The translations under genes were made by a program, and so were the position numbers. Below are positions 48,983 through 57,648 of a DNA stretch of 64,000 nucleotides, piece after piece (the first letter of the stretch is position 1; each line of letters begins with the position of its first letter). Origin of the DNA: an uncultured Pelagibacteraceae bacterium (lineage in GTDB: Bacteria > Pseudomonadota > Alphaproteobacteria > Pelagibacterales > Pelagibacteraceae); the NCBI GenBank assembly GCA_902536385.1, contig CACAWY010000005.1:21991-85990 (forward strand). Direction: 5' to 3'. A model generated the notes under the pieces. It was not told where the DNA came from. It ran no database searches and worked only from the letters and a program-made list of their open reading frames with translations.

Positions 48983-50977
48983 ATGCAAATTATTTTAAAA
49001 TTTTTAAAGTTTTTTTTCCTTTCAATATTAGCTGTTATAATTTCAATTTTTTCTTTATTTTTGATTGATGCTACTGATTTTGATGGCAATTATGTGAATA
49101 GGTCAAAAGTAGAAATTAGTTATAATCATTTAAATAGCAGACATTCATATAAATTTGCTAATTTTCTAAAAGAAAATTATTTTAAATTTTCTAAAATGTT
49201 TCTTTATGATTCTCACGAAAAAAGATGGTCAATAGAATCAAAAGAACAAAGGTCTAAACTACCAAAATATAAAACTATAAAGGCTAAAAAAGATAATTTG
49301 AGCAAACCACTTTATAAAATAGAAAATTATCATAATGAAAAAAACTGGAGCAGAAGTCATGGTAACTATTTTTCTACACGATTTTCAAATTTAAACACAA
49401 TTAACAAAAATAATATAAGTAAACTACAATTAGCGTGGATGTATGAGCCATTAAAATCATCAAATTCAAAAAAAGAAAATCAAGCTAATATTATATATTA
49501 TAATGGAAAGGTTTTTTTACCCAATGTTGAAAATAATTTAGTAGCTTTGAATGCAGAAAATGGAAAAAAAATTTGGGAGTATAAAGTTGAAAATGGTATT
49601 GCTGCAAAAAGAGGCCTTATTCTTTGGAAGAAAAAAGAAAGTGACAAAATAGGAAGAATTTTTTTTACTGACAATAGAAAATATTTATATTCTTTAGATA
49701 CTAATGGTGTCCCTACAAAAAACTTTGGAAAAAATGGAAAAACTAAAGTTGGTTTAACACCACTCCCACCTGTTATTTATAAAGATGAATTAATTTTAAT
49801 TACAACTGATAGTGTAATAAAATCTTACGATATAAATTCAGGCAAGATAAAGTGGAAATATAAGATAAATAAAACTAAAAATAATCTACTTTATTCAAAT
49901 TTTTCGAAAGGTAGTCCATGGGGAGGATTATCTTTAGACGTAAAAAGAGGACTTCTTTTTTTTACTACTGGAAATCCAGAGCCTTGGCATGTAGGTATTT
50001 TCAGAGAGGGAGACAATCTTTATGCTAACAGTTTAGTGGCGTTCGATTTAAATTTAAAAAAAATTAATTGGCATTTTCAAGAAGTCCCACATGATGTTTG
50101 GAATTATGATTTAGCAGCTCCTCCGATTCTGACGATGATCAAGAGAGACAACAAGTTTGTTGATGTTGTAGTTGCAATATCGAAGTTAGGAAATGTAATT
50201 ATTTTAGACAGAGATAACGGTAGTCCTTTATTTGATATTAACTATAGACTAGCTCCTACATCAAATATACCTGGCGAAAGAACCGCAAATTATCAAGTTG
50301 AGATAAAGCTACCCGAAAAAATATGTAGAAGTGAATTTAAATTAAAATATCTGACTAATTTTGACAATAAATTTAAAAAAAATTTTATAAAAGAAACTAA
50401 TAATTATAATTTTGGATACCCAACACCACCACAATTAGGAAAGAAAACAATATCGATAGGGTCATGTGTGAGGTGGGCAGGCGGCTCAATAGATACAAAA
50501 AATAATATTTTATATATAACTAGCGATAATATTGCAGACATAATTACCATCGAAAAAGATATTGGCAATTTAAATTACTATCACGAATGGGACACTTTTC
50601 AGGATAATAATGGATATCCAGCAATTAAACCACCTTGGGGATCAATTACTGCAATGAATTTAAATTCAGGTAAAATTATTTGGACACGACCATTTGGAAC
50701 AATTAAAGAGTTAGAAAAAGAAAATATATTTAACACTGGATCAACAAATAGGGCAGGGCTTACAGCTACATCTGGAGATATAATTTTTGCATCTGGCACA
50801 GAAGATAAGATGTTTAGAGTTTTTGATAGTAAAAATGGCAAAGAGTTATGGAATTATAAAATGGATGCCGCAGGCTCAGCCCCACCAACTATATACGAAA
50901 TTGAGAACAAACAATTTGTTTTAGTCCCTGCTTACGAAAAAGACGGTAATAAAGTTTATGCTTTTAGTATGAATTAA
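48983..50977 (+). CDS. PQQ-binding beta-propeller dehydrogenase-like protein (glucose/quinate dehydrogenase family), N-terminal membrane anchor
   Basis: W.RSHG....RFS.L..IN..N...L.LAW, WHFQ..HDVWNYD, PPWG...A..L.SG...W, repeated G..LW propeller motifs. Confidence 0.72.
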   Translation: MQIILKFLKFFFLSILAVIISIFSLFLIDATDFDGNYVNRSKVEISYNHLNSRHSYKFANFLKENYFKFSKMFLYDSHEKRWSIESKEQRSKLPKYKTIKAKKDNLSKPLYKIENYHNEKNWSRSHGNYFSTRFSNLNTINKNNISKLQLAWMYEPLKSSNSKKENQANIIYYNGKVFLPNVENNLVALNAENGKKIWEYKVENGIAAKRGLILWKKKESDKIGRIFFTDNRKYLYSLDTNGVPTKNFGKNGKTKVGLTPLPPVIYKDELILITTDSVIKSYDINSGKIKWKYKINKTKNNLLYSNFSKGSPWGGLSLDVKRGLLFFTTGNPEPWHVGIFREGDNLYANSLVAFDLNLKKINWHFQEVPHDVWNYDLAAPPILTMIKRDNKFVDVVVAISKLGNVIILDRDNGSPLFDINYRLAPTSNIPGERTANYQVEIKLPEKICRSEFKLKYLTNFDNKFKKNFIKETNNYNFGYPTPPQLGKKTISIGSCVRWAGGSIDTKNNILYITSDNIADIITIEKDIGNLNYYHEWDTFQDNNGYPAIKPPWGSITAMNLNSGKIIWTRPFGTIKELEKENIFNTGSTNRAGLTATSGDIIFASGTEDKMFRVFDSKNGKELWNYKMDAAGSAPPTIYEIENKQFVLVPAYEKDGNKVYAFSMN

Positions 50978-51004
50978 CTTTTTAATTTAACAATTCAATT
51001 ACGA

Positions 51005-51114
51005 AAAATAATTTTTTACTTCTTTTAAACACTTGTGTATTAATATACTAACAATAACAATAAAAAGAACATAGTGCCCTCGTGGTGAAATTGGTAGACA
51101 CAAAGGACTTAAAA
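51005..51114 (+). repeat. Left direct repeat: tRNA promoter region plus 5' half of tRNA-Leu(UAA) (att-like site)
   Basis: 51074-51114 identical to 52156-52196; the ~70 nt upstream are also visibly similar to 52084-52155. Confidence 0.92.
51076..51114 (+). pseudogene. Truncated tRNA-Leu(UAA), 5' 39 nt ending at the anticodon loop
   Basis: GCCCTCGTGGTGAAATTGGTAGACACAAAGGACTTAAAA, then unrelated sequence with no T-arm or 3' acceptor strand. Confidence 0.9.
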
Positions 51115-51288
51115 CCCTAAGGATTCACAAATTCAATAGTCTCAATCAGTCTCAGGTAGCCTCAAAACATTATCAATCCTAACTTTCTTATTTAGCCCTT
51201 CAATTAACATTATAAATCAAGACCAATAAATTTGTGCAAACTAGTGGATAGACTTGGAGATAATTATGGGATTTGTTAAGTTAATTTA

Positions 51289-52032
51289 ATGAAAAAAATA
51301 AATTACTTAGCTATTTTGTTTTACTCTTTAATCATTATTAAAAGTATTGGCGCACAATCGTCAGAGCAAAAATGCATCATTTCAGATGGAGTTCCAAATC
51401 ATAAAATTGGACAATTCCCAACAAAAGGTAACCCAAATAAATTTAAAAAGCAGAATTTAAGATTTTGTTTTCCAAAAAAACCAGTGAAAAGACCTACCCT
51501 AAGATATATTGTTTCTACGGTTGGTGTTACTCTTACAGGTATTCCAATTAGACCAGGGACTGCAGCTTGGTATGACTCAAGCTCTCCTAAAAAACACAGC
51601 CAGAATCAATCATCAGGATTAAACTTAGAAGCAATCAGACCTTTTGAAAAAATATTTGGAATTGATGATTATAATGGTCATTTGGACTTCAAAGGACTTT
51701 ATCATTACCATAAACCTAATCCATCATTATTATCTAATGGTCAATCATTAATTGGCTATGCAGCTGATGGATTTGAAATTTTATATATTCCTGGAAAATT
51801 TAAAACCTCATGGCGACTAAAAAAAGGAAACAGAAAAATTGAACCTTTTGGTAAATATGATGGATCATTCAAAGAAGATTATGAATTTATAAATGGCAGT
51901 GGTGATTTAGATGAATGTAATGGTAAATTATCAGACGGTAAGTATAGATATTTTGCTACAAATAGTTTTCCATTTTTCCCTAGATGCCATTGGGGAAATA
52001 CTTCAAAAGATTTTCGTAAAATTAATAGATAA
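51289..52032 (+). CDS. Secreted YHYH-domain protein
   Basis: Signal peptide; G.P.H..G.FP...NP, D.YNGH....G.YHYH, LIGYAADGF, DYEF..G.GDLDECNG, Y.Y..T..FPF.PRC. Confidence 0.85.
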   Translation: MKKINYLAILFYSLIIIKSIGAQSSEQKCIISDGVPNHKIGQFPTKGNPNKFKKQNLRFCFPKKPVKRPTLRYIVSTVGVTLTGIPIRPGTAAWYDSSSPKKHSQNQSSGLNLEAIRPFEKIFGIDDYNGHLDFKGLYHYHKPNPSLLSNGQSLIGYAADGFEILYIPGKFKTSWRLKKGNRKIEPFGKYDGSFKEDYEFINGSGDLDECNGKLSDGKYRYFATNSFPFFPRCHWGNTSKDFRKINR

Positions 52033-52083
52033 TCATCCTATCAAATATGGAAAGACTTGTAGAAAACTTGGAGATAAAGACGT

Positions 52084-52196
52084 AAAATAAATTATTTTTA
52101 CTTCTTCAAAACACTTGTGTATTAATATATTAACAATAACAACAAAAACAACGACGTGCCCTCGTGGTGAAATTGGTAGACACAAAGGACTTAAAA
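52084..52196 (+). repeat. Right direct repeat: promoter region plus 5' half of the intact tRNA-Leu
   Basis: Counterpart of 51005-51114. Confidence 0.9.
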
Positions 52197-52243
52197 TCCT
52201 TGCCCTTTTGGGAGTGCCAGTTCGAGTCTGGCCGAGGGCACCA
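52158..52243 (+). tRNA. tRNA-Leu(UAA)
   Basis: Acceptor GCCCTCG/CGAGGGC, anticodon arm AAGGA-CTTAAAA-TCCTT, long variable arm, GTTCGA, CCA. Confidence 0.96.
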
Positions 52244-52248
52244 AAAAA

Positions 52249-53166
52249 ATGAGTAAAGAAAAATTTCTAGAAATTAAAGAAATTTTAGAAAATCAAAAAT
52301 TTTTAATTAAGAAAAAAAATATTTTCATAAATGATAAAATTAATGATTATTCTTCAAATTTTGGTATTCAATGGAATAAATTTCCTCTTACTCAATTTGA
52401 CTCACACACTGGATATCCATTAACTAAAAATAGATTATTTAATAATAGTGGTTGGGATTTTAAAGAATTAAAAAATAAATTAGTAGTTGAACTTGGTAGT
52501 GGCGCAGGAAGATTTACTGAAGTCTTATTAACTACAGGATGCTTTTTAATTTCTGTTGAAATGTCTGATGCAATTAATGTTAATGCAAAAAATAATAAAT
52601 CCGAAAATATAATATTTTTGAAATCTTCACTAAATGAATTAAACTTTTTAAACAATTTATTTGATTTTGTTCTATGTTACGGTGTGGCTCAACACACCCC
52701 CAATCTAATAAGTACATATAAATCTTGCTATGCCTTAGGAAAAAACGGTGGAAAAATTTCAATAGATCATTATATAAAATTTATTTATCCTACAACTAAG
52801 AGCATATGGAGGCCTATAACAAAAAGGATAAATCCAGAGATTTTATTAAAGATAATTAAATTCTATATTCCATATTATTTTCCAATTGATACTTTTATAA
52901 AAACGAAGTTGCCAACTTTTATGAGCAAATTAATTCGATTCATCTTACCTATACCATGTAGTAATTATACAAACGTAAAAAATGTACCTCAAGAGAGAAA
53001 TAAATTAGTTGAATGGGCCATCATGGATACATTCGATGCGCTTGGTGCTAAATATGATAAACCTCTAACTTTTGGACAATTAAAAAATATAGTAAAAAAA
53101 ATAGTAATCCATGATTATCATATATCAAAAAAAGGGCCAGTTTTGGTTTTAAATATAAAAAAGTAG
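52249..53166 (+). CDS. Class I SAM-dependent methyltransferase
   Basis: FG.QW..F, VELGSGAGRF, FDFV.C.GV.QHTP, DTFD. Confidence 0.82.
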   Translation: MSKEKFLEIKEILENQKFLIKKKNIFINDKINDYSSNFGIQWNKFPLTQFDSHTGYPLTKNRLFNNSGWDFKELKNKLVVELGSGAGRFTEVLLTTGCFLISVEMSDAINVNAKNNKSENIIFLKSSLNELNFLNNLFDFVLCYGVAQHTPNLISTYKSCYALGKNGGKISIDHYIKFIYPTTKSIWRPITKRINPEILLKIIKFYIPYYFPIDTFIKTKLPTFMSKLIRFILPIPCSNYTNVKNVPQERNKLVEWAIMDTFDALGAKYDKPLTFGQLKNIVKKIVIHDYHISKKGPVLVLNIKK

Positions 53167-53211
53167 ATATAAACGGAATTAACAAATGGTGTATTATAAT
53201 TATAAATTAAT

Positions 53212-53961
53212 ATGAAAATAATTTCTGACAAAACAAAAAAATCCTTAAGAATTAAAAAAAAAATTACTAAAATTTTCCAAACTCAAAATATAAGTTTAAA
53301 AAATTTAATAATTGTAATTGGTGGTGATGGTTTTATGCTTCAAACTCTTAAAAAGCATAAGAGTCTTAATCACTTATCTTTTTACGGTATCAATTCAGGC
53401 AATTATGGTTTTTTAATGAATAAGTATAATCAAAAAAAAACATTAAATAATATTCTCAAAGCTAAAAAAATAACAATTGCTCCTCTTGAGATGACTGTAA
53501 AAAGAAAAAGCTATTTAGCGATTAATGAAGTTTCAGTTTTAAGACAAAGCAGACAAGCAGCAAGTTTATCAATCAAGTCTGGATCAAAGTTTATTATTAA
53601 AAATTTAATTGGTGATGGTGTTCTAGTCTCTACACCTGCTGGGAGCACTGCATATAATCTTTCTGTTTACGGACCTATATTAAATTTAGACTCAAAAAAA
53701 ATCTCCATTGCACCGATTAGTGCGTTTAGACCTAGAAGGTGGAAAGGGAAACTAATTAGTAAAAAATCTACAATAATAATTAAAAATTTAGATTTTTTAA
53801 AAAGACCAGTAAGCGCTGTGGCAGATAATATTGAAATAAGAAGAATTAAACAAATAAATATAAGATCTAGCAGAAAATTTAAATTTAATTTGCTTTATGA
53901 TAGAAATCGTAGCCTTCAACAAAAAATTAAGCTTGAACAAATAAAAAGTGAAATTAATTAA
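53212..53961 (+). CDS. nadK: NAD kinase
   Basis: GGDGFML, GFLMN, AINEV, GDGVLVSTPAGSTAYNLS..GP, FRPRRW. Confidence 0.9.
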   Translation: MKIISDKTKKSLRIKKKITKIFQTQNISLKNLIIVIGGDGFMLQTLKKHKSLNHLSFYGINSGNYGFLMNKYNQKKTLNNILKAKKITIAPLEMTVKRKSYLAINEVSVLRQSRQAASLSIKSGSKFIIKNLIGDGVLVSTPAGSTAYNLSVYGPILNLDSKKISIAPISAFRPRRWKGKLISKKSTIIIKNLDFLKRPVSAVADNIEIRRIKQINIRSSRKFKFNLLYDRNRSLQQKIKLEQIKSEIN

Positions 53962-53964
53962 ATT

Positions 53965-54040
53965 TGGTGCCCTCACACGGACTCGAACCGCGAACCTATT
54001 GATTACAAATCAATTGCTCTACCAATTGAGCTATGAGGGC
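53965..54040 (-). tRNA. tRNA-Thr(UGU)
   Basis: Reverse complement GCCCTCATAGCTCAATTGGTAGAGC-A-ATTGA-TTTGTAA-TCAAT...GGTTCGAGTCC...TGAGGGCACCA. Confidence 0.96.
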
Positions 54041-54085
54041 CAAACAATCTCTTTAAAATAAATTTACAAAAAAAACAATAAAAAT

Positions 54086-54829
54086 TTATTTCACTGATTG
54101 AAAAATATGATGGCATACAACGGAAACTGTATTTGAAATATTTAAACTTTCAATATTTTCATTTATATTAACCCTAAATTGAAAATCTGAATTTTCAAGT
54201 GTTTTAGCTTTAATTCCATAACCTTCAGAACCAAAAAGTAACACGTTTTTACCTTTCCAATTATTTTTTGTAAAATCCTTCTTAGCTGAAATGTCAAATG
54301 CGCTCACCCAAAAATCTTTACTTTTTAAATACTTTAAAGCAGTATTTAAATTTGAAACTTTAAATATTTTTATATGTTCAGCACCACCACTTGCGCTTTT
54401 ATATAGTAATTTACTTTTTAATGGGAAAGATCTCTCTTTTACTATTAACCCATCAATATTAAATGCAACGGCACTTCTTATGATTGATCCTATATTTCTA
54501 GGATCCGTGACTTCTTCAAGAGCTATTAAATTGATATTTTTTTTTTTATTATCAATCACAAATTCTTTGAGTGTTATTTCCTCTAATTGCTCTACTTCAG
54601 CAATTAATCCTTGATGTGCTGTTTCATCTCTTCCACACATATTATCTAATTCTCTTCTTGATTTAAAAAAAACATTTAGTGATTTAAATAAATTTAATGA
54701 TTGATTTTCTCTATTAAGTTTTTTTTGAGCATCCTCTGTTACAAAGACTCTCTCAATTTTTCTTAAAGGATTTTTGATTGCTTCTAAAACAGCATGTTTT
54801 CCAACAATTAAAAAAGTGGTTTTTTTCAT
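54086..54829 (-). CDS. rlmB: 23S rRNA Gm2251 methyltransferase (TrmH/SPOUT)
   Basis: GKHAV.EA, HQG, VTDPRNIGSIIRSA, GSEG.G, ESLNIS. Confidence 0.88.
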   Translation of the reverse strand: MKKTTFLIVGKHAVLEAIKNPLRKIERVFVTEDAQKKLNRENQSLNLFKSLNVFFKSRRELDNMCGRDETAHQGLIAEVEQLEEITLKEFVIDNKKKNINLIALEEVTDPRNIGSIIRSAVAFNIDGLIVKERSFPLKSKLLYKSASGGAEHIKIFKVSNLNTALKYLKSKDFWVSAFDISAKKDFTKNNWKGKNVLLFGSEGYGIKAKTLENSDFQFRVNINENIESLNISNTVSVVCHHIFQSVK

Positions 54830-54965
54830 GATTTTTAAGCAATTTTTTCAAATTTCTAGCATATTTTAAGGCAAAATGATTTATTGCAATTATTTAATAA
54901 ATGCTTATAAAACGCTTGTTGTTAAATGCTTTTTAAGTTAGTGGGTATCCCACAATTAGTAGTTA

Positions 54966-55051
54966 GGAGGGGTACCAAAGCGGTCAAATGGGGCGGGCTG
55001 TAAACCCGTTGACTTCGGTCTTCGAAAGTTCGAATCTTTCCCCCTCCACCA
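54966..55051 (+). tRNA. tRNA-Tyr(GUA)
   Basis: GGAGGGG/CCCCTCC acceptor, GCGGG-CTGTAAA-CCCGT anticodon arm, long variable arm, CCA. Confidence 0.95.
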
Positions 55052-55095
55052 AACTTAAGCTTTTAATAATAAAGAGCGCGATAAGTTTGGATATT

Positions 55096-55169
55096 GCGGG
55101 TGTAGTTCAATGGTAGAACGCTAGCCTTCCAAGCTGGATGTAAGGGTTCGATTCCCTTTACCCGCTCCA
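55096..55169 (+). tRNA. tRNA-Gly(UCC)
   Basis: GCGGGTG/TACCCGC acceptor, CTAGC-CTTCCAA-GCTGG anticodon arm, GGTTCGATTCC, CCA. Confidence 0.95.
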
Positions 55170-55202
55170 AAAACAAAAAATTAAAAAAGTGAGGAAAAAT
55201 AG

Positions 55203-56402
55203 ATGTCTAAAGAAAAGTTTAACCGAAACAAACCACATTGTAATATCGGTACAATCGGTCACGTAGATCATGGAAAAACAACTTTAACTGCTGCGATAAC
55301 AAAAGTTTTATCAGAAGCTGGTGGCTCGAGTAGCGCAAACTTTGTTGCTTACGATCAAATCGATAAAGCACCAGAAGAAAAAGAGAGAGGAATTACTATT
55401 TCAACAGCGCACGTTGAATATGAAACAGAAAAAAGACATTACGCTCACGTCGATTGTCCTGGTCACGCCGATTATGTAAAAAATATGATAACAGGTGCTG
55501 CTCAAATGGACGGCGCAATATTAGTTGTTAACGCTGCTGATGGTCCAATGCCGCAAACAAGAGAACATATTCTTTTGGCAAGACAAGTCGGTGTTCCAGC
55601 TATCGTAGTTTTTTTAAATAAAATTGATACAGTTAAAGATAAAGAGCTTGTGGATTTAGTTGAAGAAGAAATAAGAGAGCTATTAACATCATATAAATTT
55701 CCTGGAGATAAAATCCCGATAATTAAAGGATCTGCACTAAATGCTGTGGAAGGAAAAGATGAAGCCACTGGCAAAAACGCAATTATGGAGTTAATGAAAG
55801 CAGTAGATGAGACTATACCTCAACCAGATAGACCAAAAGACAAACCTTTCTTGATGCCAGTTGAAGATGTTTTTTCAATTTCAGGAAGAGGAACTGTTGT
55901 AACAGGAAGAGTAGAGTCAGGAGTGATAAAGGTTGGAGAAGAGATCGAAATAGTTGGTATAAGAGATACTAAAAAATCTGTTTGCACTGGTGTAGAAATG
56001 TTTAGAAAACTTCTTGATAGTGGAGAGGCAGGAGATAATATCGGTGCTCTTCTTAGAGGAGTTGAGAGAGATGATGTTGAGCGTGGGCAAGTTCTTTGTA
56101 AACCCGGTTCCATTACACCTCATACGGAATTTGAGTGCCAGGCTTATATTTTAAAAAAAGAAGAGGGTGGTAGACACACTCCATTTTTTACAAAGTATAG
56201 ACCTCAGTTCTATTTTAGAACCACAGACGTTACAGGTGAAGTTACGTTACCTTCCGGAACAGAGATGGTGATGCCTGGTGATGACGGTAAATTTACTGTA
56301 AAATTAATTACTCCTATCGCTATGAGTGAAAATTTAAACTTTGCAATTAGGGAAGGTGGAAAAACAGTAGGAGCTGGAGTAGTAACTAAAATAGTAAAAT
56401 AA
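55203..56402 (+). CDS. tuf: Elongation factor Tu
   Basis: [40 protein letters not shown]. Confidence 0.98.
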   Translation: MSKEKFNRNKPHCNIGTIGHVDHGKTTLTAAITKVLSEAGGSSSANFVAYDQIDKAPEEKERGITISTAHVEYETEKRHYAHVDCPGHADYVKNMITGAAQMDGAILVVNAADGPMPQTREHILLARQVGVPAIVVFLNKIDTVKDKELVDLVEEEIRELLTSYKFPGDKIPIIKGSALNAVEGKDEATGKNAIMELMKAVDETIPQPDRPKDKPFLMPVEDVFSISGRGTVVTGRVESGVIKVGEEIEIVGIRDTKKSVCTGVEMFRKLLDSGEAGDNIGALLRGVERDDVERGQVLCKPGSITPHTEFECQAYILKKEEGGRHTPFFTKYRPQFYFRTTDVTGEVTLPSGTEMVMPGDDGKFTVKLITPIAMSENLNFAIREGGKTVGAGVVTKIVK

Positions 56403-56408
56403 ACGCTT

Positions 56409-56484
56409 AGGAGCGTAGTTCAATTGGTAGAGCGCCGGTCTCCAAAACCGGAGGTTGTGGGTTCGAGTCCCTCCGCTCCTGCCA
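56409..56484 (+). tRNA. tRNA-Trp(CCA)
   Basis: AGGAGCG/CGCTCCT acceptor, CCGGT-CTCCAAA-ACCGG anticodon arm, GGTTCGAGTCC, CCA. Confidence 0.96.
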
Positions 56485-56501
56485 AAATATTAGAGTGGAA
56501 T

Positions 56502-56693
56502 ATGAAAAATCCTTTTAAATTTATTCAGGAAGTAAAACAAGAAACTTTTAGAATAACATGGCCTACAAAAAAAGAAACAATGATGGGAGCCATAATGGTA
56601 TTTGCTTTGGCTTCATTAGCTGCAATATTTTTTCTTATATTAGATCAAATATTAAGGTTTTTTCTAAATTTAATCCTTACTATTAATTTTTAA
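56502..56693 (+). CDS. secE: Preprotein translocase subunit SecE
   Basis: FIQEVKQE..RITWPTKKET plus one TM; ATG at 56502 (the longer ORF call overlaps tRNA-Trp). Confidence 0.92.
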   Translation: MKNPFKFIQEVKQETFRITWPTKKETMMGAIMVFALASLAAIFFLILDQILRFFLNLILTINF

Positions 56694-57218
56694 ATGAATT
56701 GGTATATTGTTCAAGCTTATTCTGGATTTGAAAAGAAAGTTGTGGAGTCTATAAGAGAAGAACTTAAAAAAAATAAACTTTCAGACAATCTCGAGGAAAT
56801 ATTAGTACCCACACATCAAGTAACAGAGGTTAAAAAAGGCAAAAGAACAAAAAAAGAAAAAAAATTTTTTCCTGGTTATGTTTTAATCAAAATTGAACTC
56901 ACTAAGCAAATTTATCATCTGATAAAAAATCTACAGAAGGTGAGTGGTTTTCTTGGTTCATCAGATAAGCCTACACCTATTTCTGACAATGAGATAAAGA
57001 GAATCCTCGGACAAGTTTCTGAAAGTGCCGTAAGTCAAAAAACTAGTATCAACTTTGAAATTGGTGAAAAAGTTAAGGTATGTGATGGACCATTTGCTTC
57101 TTTTAATGGATTAATTGAAGAAATTGATGAAGAAAAATCTAGACTTAAAGTCTCAGTTTCTATATTTGGTAGAGCTACTCCTGTAGATTTAGAATTTAAT
57201 CAAGTGGAGAAAAATTAA
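56694..57218 (+). CDS. nusG: Transcription termination/antitermination factor NusG
   Basis: WYIVQAYSGFEKKV, FFPGYV, GPFASF.G, VSIFGRATPV. Confidence 0.97.
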   Translation: MNWYIVQAYSGFEKKVVESIREELKKNKLSDNLEEILVPTHQVTEVKKGKRTKKEKKFFPGYVLIKIELTKQIYHLIKNLQKVSGFLGSSDKPTPISDNEIKRILGQVSESAVSQKTSINFEIGEKVKVCDGPFASFNGLIEEIDEEKSRLKVSVSIFGRATPVDLEFNQVEKN

Positions 57219-57644
57219 ATGGCAAAAGAGATAACAGGTTACGTAAAATTACAAATTAAAGGTGGTCAGGCTAATCCCGCGCCTCCAGTTGGACCAGCAC
57301 TTGGTCAAAGAGGAATTAATATAATGGAATTTTGTAAAGCTTTTAACGAAAAAACTAAGGCGTTTATGGGCAAACCAGTTCCAGTGGTAATAACAGTTTA
57401 TAAGGATAAAAAATTTGATTTTATAATTAAATCCCCACCAGCTTCACATTTTATTAGAGAGGCAGCAAAACTTAAAAGTGGTTCTAGTGAGCCAGGCAGA
57501 GTTGTAGCTGGATCAATTACCATGAAACAAGCTGAGGCAATTGCAAAAGAAAAAATGAGAGATTTAAATGCTTTTGATTTAAAGGAAGCTACAAAAATTA
57601 TATGTGGTTCTGCACGATCAATGGGCATAGAGGTAAAAGAATAA
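57219..57644 (+). CDS. rplK: 50S ribosomal protein L11
   Basis: [33 protein letters not shown]. Confidence 0.97.
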   Translation: MAKEITGYVKLQIKGGQANPAPPVGPALGQRGINIMEFCKAFNEKTKAFMGKPVPVVITVYKDKKFDFIIKSPPASHFIREAAKLKSGSSEPGRVVAGSITMKQAEAIAKEKMRDLNAFDLKEATKIICGSARSMGIEVKE

Positions 57645-57648
57645 TTTT

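Larger units (their letters stand above)
51115..52196. mobile_element. Putative integrase-less cassette (1082 bp) inserted in tRNA-Leu(UAA)
   Basis: Bounded by the duplicated tRNA 5' half, contains one cargo gene and short periodic repeats near both ends. Confidence 0.6.

Noticed and set aside
51115-52157. Prophage or integron
   Set aside because: No integrase, structural phage genes or attC-type palindromes are visible; only att-like remnants and one cargo gene.
52158-54040. Inverted similarity between tRNA-Leu and tRNA-Thr ends (GCCCTC/GAGGGCACCA) as element boundaries
   Set aside because: Explained by similar acceptor stems of two intact tRNAs; the enclosed NAD kinase is a housekeeping gene.
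56424-56501. N-terminal extension of SecE in the ORF track
   Set aside because: It overlaps tRNA-Trp (56409-56484); ATG at 56502 gives a normal SecE.
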